DNA of 64,000 nucleotides. It comes from a virus. The stretch lies in the IMG/VR virus record IMGVR_UViG_2849712525_000001; one strand, given 5' to 3'. Below the pieces are notes generated by a model. That model was not told the DNA's origin. It ran no database searches and saw only the letters and a program-made list of their open reading frames with translations. This document shows positions 37,133 to 47,594 of the stretch, one piece after another. Every line of letters starts with the position of its first letter. Position 1 is the first letter of the stretch. Made by a program: the position numbers and the translations under genes.

Positions 37133-38161
37133 ATGCCACCAAAAAAGAAATCGATGAGTGATACGGGAACACATAAGGCTTCTTCATCAAGTCTGTTCTC
37201 AGCTCTTGGAGATGGAATAGATGTTACTGGTTTTGACCCAGATTCAAAAACAGTGAGTGAAACATCCAGATTTAGAACCGAATATCTAGAACTATCAAAA
37301 ATTATAGACAATAAAAGTAACAATTTTAGAGCCTTGGATACATTCTATTTGGAATTGTCAATTGCAAAGGTAGGGCAACTTCAACCAATTATTCTAGTTC
37401 CAGAAGTTGTAGAAGGAAAATCAACTGGGCTCTATGAAATAAAAGTGGGGTCTCGACGTTTTGCTGCATTAAATAGGCTACTAGAAAAAGCTTTTAAAAA
37501 GAGTAATCAAAAGGACATTGAAAAGTACTCAAAAGCTTTTGCAATTATTCTGCCTTATGGTGCTACTCAAGATGAAATTGAAACAATTTATCGAGAAACG
37601 AATACTACAGCCAGACCATTAACTGTAGAAGAAGTTTTCGCTCATTTTGATGGTATCTTTAAAATAAGTGACACAGGTGAATTTGTTCATATTCCAAAAG
37701 GTGTCAACAAGTATGAATATGTATCCAAAGAGTTTAAGAGGATGGGATTTGATTTTTCAGCAACAAAAGTCAAAGAGTACTTAACAATTTATAGTGCATC
37801 TGATAAAAGAGTTACAGACTGGTTTGAAGATAAGCTTTTAACACGTCAGCAGGCTGTAGAAGTGTCAAGAATGCCTTCGGCTATGCAAATATCTGTAATG
37901 GATAAGTTTGAGCAGATGACAACTAAGGAAATAAGTGATTATATTAAGACTTACATGCTAGAAAAGAAAACAGAGAAGCTTACAAAGAAAATGAGAGGAA
38001 TCGATGCAATTAGCTTTGTAATAAAGAGCAATAAAAATCTGAAACATATTGCAGTAATGGAAAATATCAGATTTCAATCAGAAGATGAGAAACTTAGTTT
38101 CTTAAGTCAGATACAGGAGCTTCAGGACCATTTGAATAAAATTGAAAAATTATTAAAATAA
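37133..38161 (+). CDS. parB: ParB-like partition protein
   Basis: ParB N-terminal box IKVGSRRFAALNRL; coupled to parA; GGGGGAG RBS. Confidence 0.65.
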   Translation: MPPKKKSMSDTGTHKASSSSLFSALGDGIDVTGFDPDSKTVSETSRFRTEYLELSKIIDNKSNNFRALDTFYLELSIAKVGQLQPIILVPEVVEGKSTGLYEIKVGSRRFAALNRLLEKAFKKSNQKDIEKYSKAFAIILPYGATQDEIETIYRETNTTARPLTVEEVFAHFDGIFKISDTGEFVHIPKGVNKYEYVSKEFKRMGFDFSATKVKEYLTIYSASDKRVTDWFEDKLLTRQQAVEVSRMPSAMQISVMDKFEQMTTKEISDYIKTYMLEKKTEKLTKKMRGIDAISFVIKSNKNLKHIAVMENIRFQSEDEKLSFLSQIQELQDHLNKIEKLLK

Positions 38162-38173
38162 TAAATGAGTTAT

Positions 38174-38201
38174 AAAAAGGGTTAATTAGCCCTTTTTATT
38201 T
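38174..38201 (+). terminator. terminator hairpin containing GGGTTAATTAGCCC
   Basis: AAAAAGGGTTAATTAGCCCTTTTTATTT right after parB stop. Confidence 0.55.
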
Positions 38202-38353
38202 AATGAATATTTTATGTAATAAAATATGATATATGCGAAGCAGGACAACACATATCTTTAGATATGTGATACAATATATATGTAAATTTAAACGAGGCAT
38301 CAGGACTATATTCTCATAATATAGTCTTTTTTGTGCTCAAAAGGAGGAAATTT

Positions 38354-39010
38354 ATGAGTTTAAAAAGTAGATTGAAAGAAAATCAAACAGAAGGAGATGT
38401 AAAAGAAGATGTTAAGAAATCTTTGAGTGAGGAAGAAACAGAAAAAATGAGCGATACATATGAAACACCGGAACGAATTGCGTTCAGCAAAGGAGAAAAA
38501 GATTACCCAAAAAAAATAGACAAAGTTTATGCTCAAATGAAAACAGGAGATGTTTTTTTAGAAGTTCTTGAAGATGGTTTTAATCTAACTGATGAAGATA
38601 AGGGATATAACACAAAAATTCATATCAATTTCTCTCAGCTGGATAAAAGTATGAAACAAAAAGCATTTAAAAGTCATTATCTTGACTTAACTAATTTTCT
38701 ATATTTAAGAAACATTTTTCTCTCAGGTAAATATTCCGTATTAGAAGAATTGGAAAGAGCGACGTTAAATGCTACAAAAAAATATTGTGAAAGTATTTTT
38801 TCTGAGTATAAACAGCCTGATAAAAGTATTTCAAATACTTTTTATGTAACTCCAGGAATGAAACAAGGCAATTGGATGATTGGCATTGTAGAAGTGAATT
38901 CAAAGACTAAGGAAAACCAAAGAATTCAGGTGCCAGTTACAACTGCCCGATTGATTGCCATGCTTGAGCTTATTTATTTAGCTTACCAGAAACATCTTTT
39001 TAGAAACTAA
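38354..39010 (+). CDS. hypothetical protein
   Basis: Start set at MSLKSRL after AAGGAGG RBS. Confidence 0.45.
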   Translation: MSLKSRLKENQTEGDVKEDVKKSLSEEETEKMSDTYETPERIAFSKGEKDYPKKIDKVYAQMKTGDVFLEVLEDGFNLTDEDKGYNTKIHINFSQLDKSMKQKAFKSHYLDLTNFLYLRNIFLSGKYSVLEELERATLNATKKYCESIFSEYKQPDKSISNTFYVTPGMKQGNWMIGIVEVNSKTKENQRIQVPVTTARLIAMLELIYLAYQKHLFRN

Positions 39011-39038
39011 TATTTCAATTGAACAGGAGGAGCTTTAA

Positions 39039-41342
39039 ATGGACTTAAGATTAAAGGATAGATACAAGCAAAGGCTGGCGAAGAATTCTATGCCAGCTTC
39101 TTCTCATAAAAAGGAAAATGAACTGGAAACAATTAGAGGTGCTGTTCAATATCGAATTGTACCTAGAGGATTTTTAGAATCAGATAAGTTAATCTGGGTA
39201 GTCATGGATATTAAGGATGTTGCCACAAAAGAGCATATCAAAGTTGTTGGAGAAACCAATCACTACAATGTTGGAGACTATTTGGAATTTTATGGAACAT
39301 GGGTAGAAAGAAATGGAAAAAAAGAATTTCATTTTAAATATGCATTAAGAGTAGATGATGATTATGTTGGTGCAACAGCTATGCTAGCTTTTCTATTTGG
39401 AGCAAAGACAGCAAAAAGAATTATTGAGCATTATGATAACAAACCTCAAGAACCTATGAATATCTTTAAAAACAATGAAGAGAGATTTAGAGAAGATATG
39501 AAGTCAGTTAAGGGAATAGGTGATAAAAAAATTCAAAAGGCCTATGAGAAACATAAAAAATATATTGCAGTTGATGCTCTTTATTTTAAATTTGCAAGAT
39601 TCAATCTTTCATTGTCAAAGGCTCTTAAACTTATTAAAAAGTGGGGAAGTGCAGCAGCCGATATTATTGATGAGAATGTTTATCAGTTAATTCATATTGA
39701 TGGTTTCTCATTTGAAACAATTGATAGAATTGGATTAGGATATTATAAGTTTGATAAAAAGGATGGAAGGAGAATAGAAGCATATCTTATTCAAATTCTA
39801 AAAAATGCTGCATCAGGAAAAGGAGACTGTTTTTTGCCATTAGAAGGACAGGAAGGTCTTATTGCTCAGGCACAATTAGGCTTAAATATATCAGATAATC
39901 TTATTAGAGAAAAAGTCATTGACCTTATCTATAAACAAAAGCTGTACAAAAGATTATATGAAGGCAATATAGTTATATATCTTCCTCATATTTATAAAGC
40001 TGAAAAAACTGTTGTGCAAATAGTTTCATCTGCAATACATAAGAATAAAGTTATCAAAGAAGATAAAGTTGATATGATAATTGCTGATTATGAAAAGAGA
40101 AAAGGCTTTACTCTTGCAAACAAACAGAAGGAAAGTATTAAAACCTCATGTATTAATCAGTTTAGCATAATATCTGGTCCACCTGGTTCTGGCAAAACAA
40201 CAATTGTTGATGTCATATGTGAAGTTTTTAGAAGGCATAAAAAAACATGTAATATCAAATTGGCTGCCTTGGCTGGGAAAGCAGCAACACGAATGGCTGA
40301 AACAACAGGGATAGAAGCCAGTACAATTCATAGATTGCTAGGATATAATCCAGACACTGGATGGACATATAATGAAAAAAATCAGTTGCCAAATGTTGAC
40401 TTGCTAATTATTGATGAGTTTTCTATGGTTGACATTCTTCTGTTTGAGAAATTGATGAAAGCTGTCTCAAGAGATACCGTTGTGATTTGTGTAGGAGATA
40501 AAGACCAGTTACCATCAGTGGATTGTGGACAGGTTTTAGAAGACTTAATTGATGTTCCTTATATTCCTAAGACCATTCTAGAAGAAATCTATAGACAAAA
40601 AAAGGATAGCACCATTTTAAAAAGAGCTCTTGCATTTAATAAAGAACAAATTCCCTCTTTAACTGAAGCGAAGGATTTTAAATTTATTTCCTGTGAGGTA
40701 AATGATATTAAAAAGACTTCAGAGACTGTCTTGGATTTATATGTAAATAAAATTAAGCAATGGGGAATAAAGAACGTCTGTCTCATGGTTCCACAAAATG
40801 TCAAAGAACTAGGAGGAGATATAATGAATCTTCAACTTCAAGGAATTATTAATCCGCCTGATAAAAGCAAAGCTGAAATCAGTAGTGGGCATAAAAGAGT
40901 TTTTAGAGAGGGTGATAGAGTTATCCAGTTGAAGAATATTGAGAATGGGATTTCAAATGGAATGGTTGGAACTGTTATTGAATGTTTTCCTACGGATAGA
41001 CATATAGCATCAGAAGATAAGTTTACAGTATTATTTGATAATGGAAATGAAAAGACATATGCCAGAGAAGATTTTGATATGTTAAAGCTTGCATATGCAT
41101 TAACTATTCACAAAAGCCAAGGTTCAGAATATAAATGCATCATTATGCTGATGGATGAGCATCAGAGATTTATGATAAGAAAGAAATTAGTCTATACAGG
41201 AATGACTCGATGTAAAGATGAACTTTTTATCGTTGGACAGGAAAAGATGTTTGAGCATGCCTTGAAAAATAAAGATAAGCGAAGAAATACTATGTTAACT
41301 CACTTATTTATGGAATATAAAGAAGGAGCCACAATTTCATGA
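39039..41342 (+). CDS. RecD2-like SF1 DNA helicase
   Basis: Walker A SGPPGSGKTT, Walker B LLIIDEFSMVD, C-terminal ALTIHKSQGSEY motif; 767 aa. Confidence 0.85.
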   Translation: MDLRLKDRYKQRLAKNSMPASSHKKENELETIRGAVQYRIVPRGFLESDKLIWVVMDIKDVATKEHIKVVGETNHYNVGDYLEFYGTWVERNGKKEFHFKYALRVDDDYVGATAMLAFLFGAKTAKRIIEHYDNKPQEPMNIFKNNEERFREDMKSVKGIGDKKIQKAYEKHKKYIAVDALYFKFARFNLSLSKALKLIKKWGSAAADIIDENVYQLIHIDGFSFETIDRIGLGYYKFDKKDGRRIEAYLIQILKNAASGKGDCFLPLEGQEGLIAQAQLGLNISDNLIREKVIDLIYKQKLYKRLYEGNIVIYLPHIYKAEKTVVQIVSSAIHKNKVIKEDKVDMIIADYEKRKGFTLANKQKESIKTSCINQFSIISGPPGSGKTTIVDVICEVFRRHKKTCNIKLAALAGKAATRMAETTGIEASTIHRLLGYNPDTGWTYNEKNQLPNVDLLIIDEFSMVDILLFEKLMKAVSRDTVVICVGDKDQLPSVDCGQVLEDLIDVPYIPKTILEEIYRQKKDSTILKRALAFNKEQIPSLTEAKDFKFISCEVNDIKKTSETVLDLYVNKIKQWGIKNVCLMVPQNVKELGGDIMNLQLQGIINPPDKSKAEISSGHKRVFREGDRVIQLKNIENGISNGMVGTVIECFPTDRHIASEDKFTVLFDNGNEKTYAREDFDMLKLAYALTIHKSQGSEYKCIIMLMDEHQRFMIRKKLVYTGMTRCKDELFIVGQEKMFEHALKNKDKRRNTMLTHLFMEYKEGATIS

Positions 41343-41417
41343 TTATGACAGATACAAAGTTTCTAATAACGAGGAGGAGCCATAAATTCATGAATTTGAC
41401 ATGTTGGAGGAATAAAA

Positions 41418-41945
41418 ATGAAAAAAAGACTTATTTTGGATTTTGATGGAACTCTGGTTGAATTTAAACCAGTTGAGAGATTAGATGAACTATTGACTCC
41501 TGGATATTTTTCAAAACTATTTGTTTTTGAGAATGTTGTTTTAGCTATTCAGGAATTATACAAAAGGCATCCAGAAATAGATATACTCATAGGAAGTAAA
41601 GTGCTAGATGCACCACATATTCCAAAAGACAAAGATGTAATTATAGATAAGCACTTGCCATTTATAAATAGAGAAAATAGAATCTATATCCCTTATGATG
41701 CTAAAAAAACCGATTATATACAAATTACGTCTTGTGATTATGTTTTGGATGATTTAACAAAAAACCTTGTAGAGGTTGAAGAGAGTGGGGGACATGGTAT
41801 CAAACTCTTGAATGGAATAAACGCTAATAAAAGAACATGGAAAGGACCAGCTGTACATAAGGATTATCCTTATACGCTTATTGTTGAGCAGCTAGAAATT
41901 TACATGAATTTGAAGGAGAAAGAAAATGAAATGGAAAAAGTATAA
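41418..41945 (+). CDS. HAD-superfamily 5'(3')-deoxyribonucleotidase-like protein
   Basis: Motif I LDFDGTL at N-terminus; 175 aa. Confidence 0.5.
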   Translation: MKKRLILDFDGTLVEFKPVERLDELLTPGYFSKLFVFENVVLAIQELYKRHPEIDILIGSKVLDAPHIPKDKDVIIDKHLPFINRENRIYIPYDAKKTDYIQITSCDYVLDDLTKNLVEVEESGGHGIKLLNGINANKRTWKGPAVHKDYPYTLIVEQLEIYMNLKEKENEMEKV

Positions 41946-43764
41946 TAAGATAAGTGGATTGCATGTATGTCCTCAAATGGATATGTATCTTACATCTTGT
42001 GGATTTACCAAGGCATCCGCCTACTACTTAACTCACCCTTGTGAGATGCATGATAAATATCTTCTACACGATTTAAGAGAAGTTGTTCATGCTATTGGGG
42101 AGTTTATTAAAAATAATAAAAAGATAGTTATTATAGGAGATTATGATGCAGATGGAGTGACATCAACAAGCTGCTTATATTTAACTCTAGATTATTGTGG
42201 GGCTTGTGTGGAGTATCTCATTCCACATAGAGTCAAGAATGGATATGGATTAAGTCATGCTTTGGTGGATGATGCTATTGCAATTAATGCTGATGTTATC
42301 TTAACATGTGATAATGGCATTTCCGCCTTAGAAGCAATCCGATATGCTAAAAGCAAAGGAATCATTGTTATTGTGACAGACCACCATACACCAGGAGAAA
42401 CTTTGCCAATTGCAGATTATATTGTTCATCCTGCTTTAGGAGACTATCCATTTTCTAATATAAGTGGATGTCAGACAGCATATAAACTATGCTTAGGTAT
42501 CATTGAAGAGTGCTCCCCATTAAAGGATAAGAAATTAATAAAAAAAGCAATGAGGAGAAAGGAATTCCAATTGAAGGACTATCTGTTTCAGTTGTCAGCA
42601 ATTTCTATTGTAACTGATGTTATGCCACTTGCTTCCATTGATGAAGATACAGCAAAAGTCAATGAAAATAGAAAATGGTTAATGGATGGAATTGAAATGA
42701 TTAAAAAGAATCCAGATTGGAGAATTCAAATGATGTTAAAAGAACTTGGGGTCAATCAAAAAACATTTGAAGAAACATCAATTGGGTTTTATGTTGGACC
42801 GTGTTTAAATGCAGTTGGAAGGTTAACTGATGCAGGTAAAGCAGTTCAATTTTTAACAGCACAAACTAAAGAGGAAGCAAAAAAAAGATTTTCATTTATG
42901 TACTATATCAATGAAGAGAGAAAAAAGGTAAAGTTGGAGTGCCTAGAAAAAATTCATATGAGTGATAAACATAAGATTAATTTAATTGTCCAAAAGGAAC
43001 TGCATGAAGGGGTACTTGGGATTTTGGCATCTCATTATACAAATCAGAATGGATATCCAACTTTTGTATTGACTGACTGCACAATCGAAAGTGGTCAAAA
43101 AGCTTGGAAAGGTTCAGGAAGAGGAGTAGAAGAACTAAATTTGTATGATATTCTTTCTCAGGTTCAAGATGAAACAGGGACACTCTATACCTTTGGTGGA
43201 CATGCGGGGGCAGTAGGGGTTACTGTTCTGGATGAAAATATTGAACAATTTAAAAGCAAAATAACTGAAATTGTAGAGGACAGACTTGCTCATTCCTCTT
43301 ATGCAAAGAATTATATTCAATTGACAACAATTGAACAAAGAAAGGAAATTGCTGAAGCGGTCAAAGAATTAAAGCCTTTTGGAAATGGACTTCGTTTGCC
43401 AATCGTGGAATTAAGCTATAATGTTAAGGAAATTAATCTGTATTATAAGTCTAAACACGCTAAATTTCTTCATAAGGAACCTGATAAATCAGGAACAAAG
43501 ACTATTTGGAATAATTTTGAATTATGGAACTATGGAGGATTAGAAGAAGCTAAAATACTATGTAATAGAGATTTTGTTTTATCTTTTGACAATGTTCAAA
43601 AACTTATAAATAATGGAAAAACAGAATCTGAAGCTCAACAGCAAAAATATGAAAAATATATACGAAAAACGAAGGAATCAAGGGTGACATATAAAGTTGA
43701 AGTTGGTTATAGTGATTTTTGTGGAATGGGGCCAAGATTTAATGTTTTAGAGGTTACTTTTTAG
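41926..43764 (+). CDS. DHH/DHHA1 phosphoesterase, RecJ-like ssDNA exonuclease
   Basis: DHH motifs IIGDYDADGVTS, ..CDNGIS.., VIVTDHHTP; 612 aa. Confidence 0.8.
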   Translation: MKWKKYNKISGLHVCPQMDMYLTSCGFTKASAYYLTHPCEMHDKYLLHDLREVVHAIGEFIKNNKKIVIIGDYDADGVTSTSCLYLTLDYCGACVEYLIPHRVKNGYGLSHALVDDAIAINADVILTCDNGISALEAIRYAKSKGIIVIVTDHHTPGETLPIADYIVHPALGDYPFSNISGCQTAYKLCLGIIEECSPLKDKKLIKKAMRRKEFQLKDYLFQLSAISIVTDVMPLASIDEDTAKVNENRKWLMDGIEMIKKNPDWRIQMMLKELGVNQKTFEETSIGFYVGPCLNAVGRLTDAGKAVQFLTAQTKEEAKKRFSFMYYINEERKKVKLECLEKIHMSDKHKINLIVQKELHEGVLGILASHYTNQNGYPTFVLTDCTIESGQKAWKGSGRGVEELNLYDILSQVQDETGTLYTFGGHAGAVGVTVLDENIEQFKSKITEIVEDRLAHSSYAKNYIQLTTIEQRKEIAEAVKELKPFGNGLRLPIVELSYNVKEINLYYKSKHAKFLHKEPDKSGTKTIWNNFELWNYGGLEEAKILCNRDFVLSFDNVQKLINNGKTESEAQQQKYEKYIRKTKESRVTYKVEVGYSDFCGMGPRFNVLEVTF

Positions 43765-43949
43765 TAGCCTTTTTTATATATTAGTAAGGTAATGTACAAC
43801 TGAGTAGCATCTGTTTAATAATATATATAGGTTATATATTACACTTCTTAAGATATGTGATACAATAATAATGAAATATATAACGAGCAGAGGATATGTC
43901 ATGAAGGCGTATCCTCTTTTGGTTAATAAACAAAAAAGGAGGAAATTTT

Positions 43950-45197
43950 ATGTTAACAGCGTTTGATGAGAAAGCGCAAAAAGCAATTGTCATTGCAGAG
44001 AGTATTGCTTTTGATTTAGGACATAGTAGTGTAGGAAGTGAACATCTTCTCTTATCTCTTTTGAAGATAAAAGATTGTCCTTTTTCTAAGATATTAAAGA
44101 CGTATCATGTTGATGATGAAATGATATATGAGGATGTTGTAAGGTTGTTTGGTGAAAAAGATATTCAACCTTTTTATATGGAGTACAGTGAAGTCGTAAA
44201 GAAGATTTTAGAAGATGCTATGAGTATGAGTGAAGCGAAAAAAGAAAGTAAAGTTTCTTTGAATACTTTATCAATTGCTATGTTACTACAAAAAGAAAGT
44301 GTAGCAGTAGAATTACTCAACAATTATCATGTCCCCTTTGATGAAATTAAAAAGGAACTAGAGGAAAAAGAAAACATGGACGATATTAAACTTGGTCCTT
44401 GTGAATCCTTTGCAACGATTCTTCAGCCATCTCGCAAAAAACTTATACTTGAAAGAAATCAAGAGGTTAAGGATATTATAATTAGTCTTAGCTGCAAAGA
44501 AAAAAGTAATGTTGCTTTAATAGGTAAAGCAGGTGTTGGAAAAAGTGCAGTTGTAGAGGAGTTGGCGAGAATTTTGAAGTATTATCCACCAAAAAATCTT
44601 GATGGATACCAAATTGTTTCTTTTAACTTAACTGCTGCAATGTCTGGAACTAGGTACAGAGGAGAATTGGAAGAAAAAATAAATAAATTGCTTAATATAA
44701 CAAGAGATAAAAAGGCCATTATCTTTATCGATGAAGGGCATGATATTTTAAAAAGTGGAGCTACTGAAAGTCTATCCGTCTCTGATATGATTAAACCTGT
44801 TATGGCAAGGTCAAATTATAAGTTTATCGTAGCAACAACAGAAGCTGAGTATAATCAGTTTATTCAAAACGATGCAGCACTCAATAGACGTTTTAGACAG
44901 GTGACTATAAGAGAACCTGAAATAAATAAAGTGAAGAGGATGATAACTAAAAAAGTTGAGGATTATTCTAAATATCATCACGTATCTATAAAGGATTTAG
45001 ACATTGATAATATTATTGATTTGTGTATAGATATTCCAGATAAATACTTTCCAGACAAAGCCTTGGATGTTATAGATTATGTCATGGCTTATTGCAAATT
45101 TGAGAATAAAACCAGATTTGATATTCAAGTTGCTAAAAGATATATAAATTCTCTTAAGGGGTATCCTTCTGTAGAGAGTGAAGTGTTACTAGCATAA
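43950..45197 (+). CDS. ClpB/ClpC-like AAA+ protein (Clp N-domain repeats + single D1 ATPase module)
   Basis: Clp_N repeats (SVGSEHLLLSLL; VAVELLNNY), Walker A ALIGKAGVGKSAVVEELA, YRGELEEKINKLL, Walker B AIIFIDEGH, sensor ALNRRFRQV; no second AAA module. Confidence 0.7.
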   Translation: MLTAFDEKAQKAIVIAESIAFDLGHSSVGSEHLLLSLLKIKDCPFSKILKTYHVDDEMIYEDVVRLFGEKDIQPFYMEYSEVVKKILEDAMSMSEAKKESKVSLNTLSIAMLLQKESVAVELLNNYHVPFDEIKKELEEKENMDDIKLGPCESFATILQPSRKKLILERNQEVKDIIISLSCKEKSNVALIGKAGVGKSAVVEELARILKYYPPKNLDGYQIVSFNLTAAMSGTRYRGELEEKINKLLNITRDKKAIIFIDEGHDILKSGATESLSVSDMIKPVMARSNYKFIVATTEAEYNQFIQNDAALNRRFRQVTIREPEINKVKRMITKKVEDYSKYHHVSIKDLDIDNIIDLCIDIPDKYFPDKALDVIDYVMAYCKFENKTRFDIQVAKRYINSLKGYPSVESEVLLA

Positions 45198-45226
45198 ATA
45201 AAAGTGAAGCGTGAGGAGGATAGAAT

Positions 45227-45418
45227 ATGAAGTATGTATATTTGGAAGTCTCAAGCAAAAATGTGAAGTCTAAAGTTCATCTCACATTTAAAAATATTAT
45301 TGAAATGATTACTTTTCTTAATGAACCCAAAAACAATCTTGAGTTGGTCAAAGAAATAGTAGATAGCTGTGGAAATCTCAGAGGATTCTTAACAAAGGAG
45401 ATAGTGACAAAAGATTGA
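45227..45418 (+). CDS. hypothetical small protein
   Basis: 63-aa ORF with GAGGAGG RBS. Confidence 0.4.
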   Translation: MKYVYLEVSSKNVKSKVHLTFKNIIEMITFLNEPKNNLELVKEIVDSCGNLRGFLTKEIVTKD

Positions 45419-45460
45419 TTTTGAAATAAATTTAAGAAAACATGAAAAGGAGGAAAAATA

Positions 45461-45898
45461 TTGAAAGATACATATAAGTTTAAACTTAAGCTTGTTAAGG
45501 AACAGACATTTAGATGTATTCATATGAACAAATTGGATAGAATTAAAGAGTTTTTAATTAACGATATTCATTTATCAAAAGAAGCAGAAGAGGTTGTTCT
45601 TTTGATAGGGTTGGATACTCAATTAAATATGACTGGATTTTTTGAAGTGTCACGGGGAAGTATTGAGGAATCTCTGTGTGTTCCAAGAGATGTTTTTAAA
45701 AGGCTTTTATTAGCAAACGCTTCTGCATTTGTAATAGCTCATAATCATCCCAGTGAAAATCCAGAACCTTCACTTGAGGATATAAACAATGCTAGGGCAT
45801 TAAGGGAAGCTTCAGAGATTATGGGAATAAAAATGGTGGATTATCTTATAGCTGCTGGAGATAATATCATTTCCTTTAAAAAGGAAAATATTTTTTAA
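45461..45898 (+). CDS. RadC-like JAB/MPN domain protein
   Basis: JAMM motif AHNHPSENPEPSLED; TTG start after GGAGG RBS. Confidence 0.75.
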   Translation: MKDTYKFKLKLVKEQTFRCIHMNKLDRIKEFLINDIHLSKEAEEVVLLIGLDTQLNMTGFFEVSRGSIEESLCVPRDVFKRLLLANASAFVIAHNHPSENPEPSLEDINNARALREASEIMGIKMVDYLIAAGDNIISFKKENIF

Positions 45899-45947
45899 AT
45901 GAAGAATAATCAATACAGTCAGATTAAAGAAGAGCGAGGTATAAAAT

Positions 45948-46148
45948 ATGAAAACAAAAAATATAAAAGTATCAATTGAAATAGAGAAGCCTAGAAGGTG
46001 TGGAGAATGTCCATTTTTTTCATATCAGGAATATAGATGTCATAATGAGTGGGGATATGAATCATGCTGCAGTTTAGGCTTCATGAATGATGATATGAGA
46101 GAACGAGACTATTCAAACAAACTATATGAGAAATGTGGTTTAAAATAA
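45948..46148 (+). CDS. small Cys-rich hypothetical protein
   Basis: 66 aa with CGECPFF...C...CC motif. Confidence 0.35.
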   Translation: MKTKNIKVSIEIEKPRRCGECPFFSYQEYRCHNEWGYESCCSLGFMNDDMRERDYSNKLYEKCGLK

Positions 46149-46253
46149 AAACTTTGTTTTCAAATATATGATAAAATATAAGAGTAATATAAACGAAGTA
46201 GGACTATTTCCATGAGGAAGTAGTCTTTTTTTATTACAGAAGGAGGATAAAAA

Positions 46254-47594
46254 ATGTTTATACATCTCAATGTAAAAAGCTGTTTTTCTCTTATGAATGG
46301 ATTTAATAAGATAGACAATGTTCTTGAAAAAACAGCTAGAATGAAAAGTAATGCAGTTGCTATTACAGATATTAATACAATGCACACCTTCTATGACTTT
46401 GAGCAAGCGGCTTTAAAGAAGACTAAAAAAACAAAAAGTTTAAAGAGGGATAGTATTCATCCTATTTTTGGAATAACATTTATAGTGAAAGCAAGATATG
46501 TTGAAAATGAATTCTTTAATATTACACTGTTGGCTAAAAATGAGATAGGGTATCAACACTTAATCGCTTTATCAACAATAGCTAATACTAATCATGAGCA
46601 ATTTGCTTATCTCACTTTTGAGGATTTAAAACATCATGGGGAAGGATTATTCTGTCTATCTGGTGGAGAAGAAGGTGAGGTGTTTGACTTAGTTGTTAAT
46701 GATAGAATCGATGAGGCTGTTATGTTATTAAAGGATTTAAAGGCTTTTTTTGGAGAGAATCTATATCTAGAAGTTTCTAATCATTTTATGAAGGAAGAAG
46801 AAAAATTTATTGAGAGTGGCATTATTGAGAAAGCATTAAGTATTGGAATTGATTATGTTGCTACAAATAATGCTTATTATCTTAGAAAAGAAGATGCTCA
46901 GTATAGAAGTCTGGCTGTATCTATGAATAGTGAACTGAACAGTTTAAAAGCAAATGAGGTTGACTGGATTCATAATTATGCTTCTAGACATGTTGACTTC
47001 AATAGTGAATGGTATTTGAAGACAGAAGTTGAAATGACAAAGGCATTTTCTAAATATTTGCTAAAGTATCCGAATCTGCTAGAAAACACCTTAAAAATTG
47101 CTAATGCTTGTCAAGCAACTGTTCCTAAACTTCAAACATTCCCAGAATTTCCATTACCACAAGGCTATACAGAGGAAAGTTATTTTAGAGAGCTAATGCT
47201 TAAGGGGTTTGAAGAAAGATTCCCTGATGATTCAGCATTTGACCCTAGATTCACTCGTCAGGATTATATAGACCGTATGGAATATGAATTTGAAACTGTT
47301 AAGGAAATGGGGTTTCTAGGATATTTGCTGATTGTTCAGGATTATATAAACTTTGCCAAAGATGAAAAAGTTTTTAAACATCCTGAAAGGTATTTTCCAA
47401 GGAATTGCTATCCAGAGTATTCAAGGATTCCTGAGGGGATTCTAAAGAAGAATTATAAGATTGCTGTTGGTCCTGGAAGAGGGTCAGGTGCAGGTTCTTT
47501 ATTATGTTATTTATTAAAAATAACAAATCTTGAACCCTTATCATTGGATTTGCTGTTTGAAAGATTTCTAAATATCGAAAGAGTATCTATGCCT
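46254..47594 (+). CDS. dnaE: DNA polymerase III alpha subunit (DnaE), exon 1 (PHP domain and start of palm)
   Basis: [36 protein letters not shown] matches E. coli DnaE up to the junction; ORF then runs into intron and stops. Confidence 0.75.
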
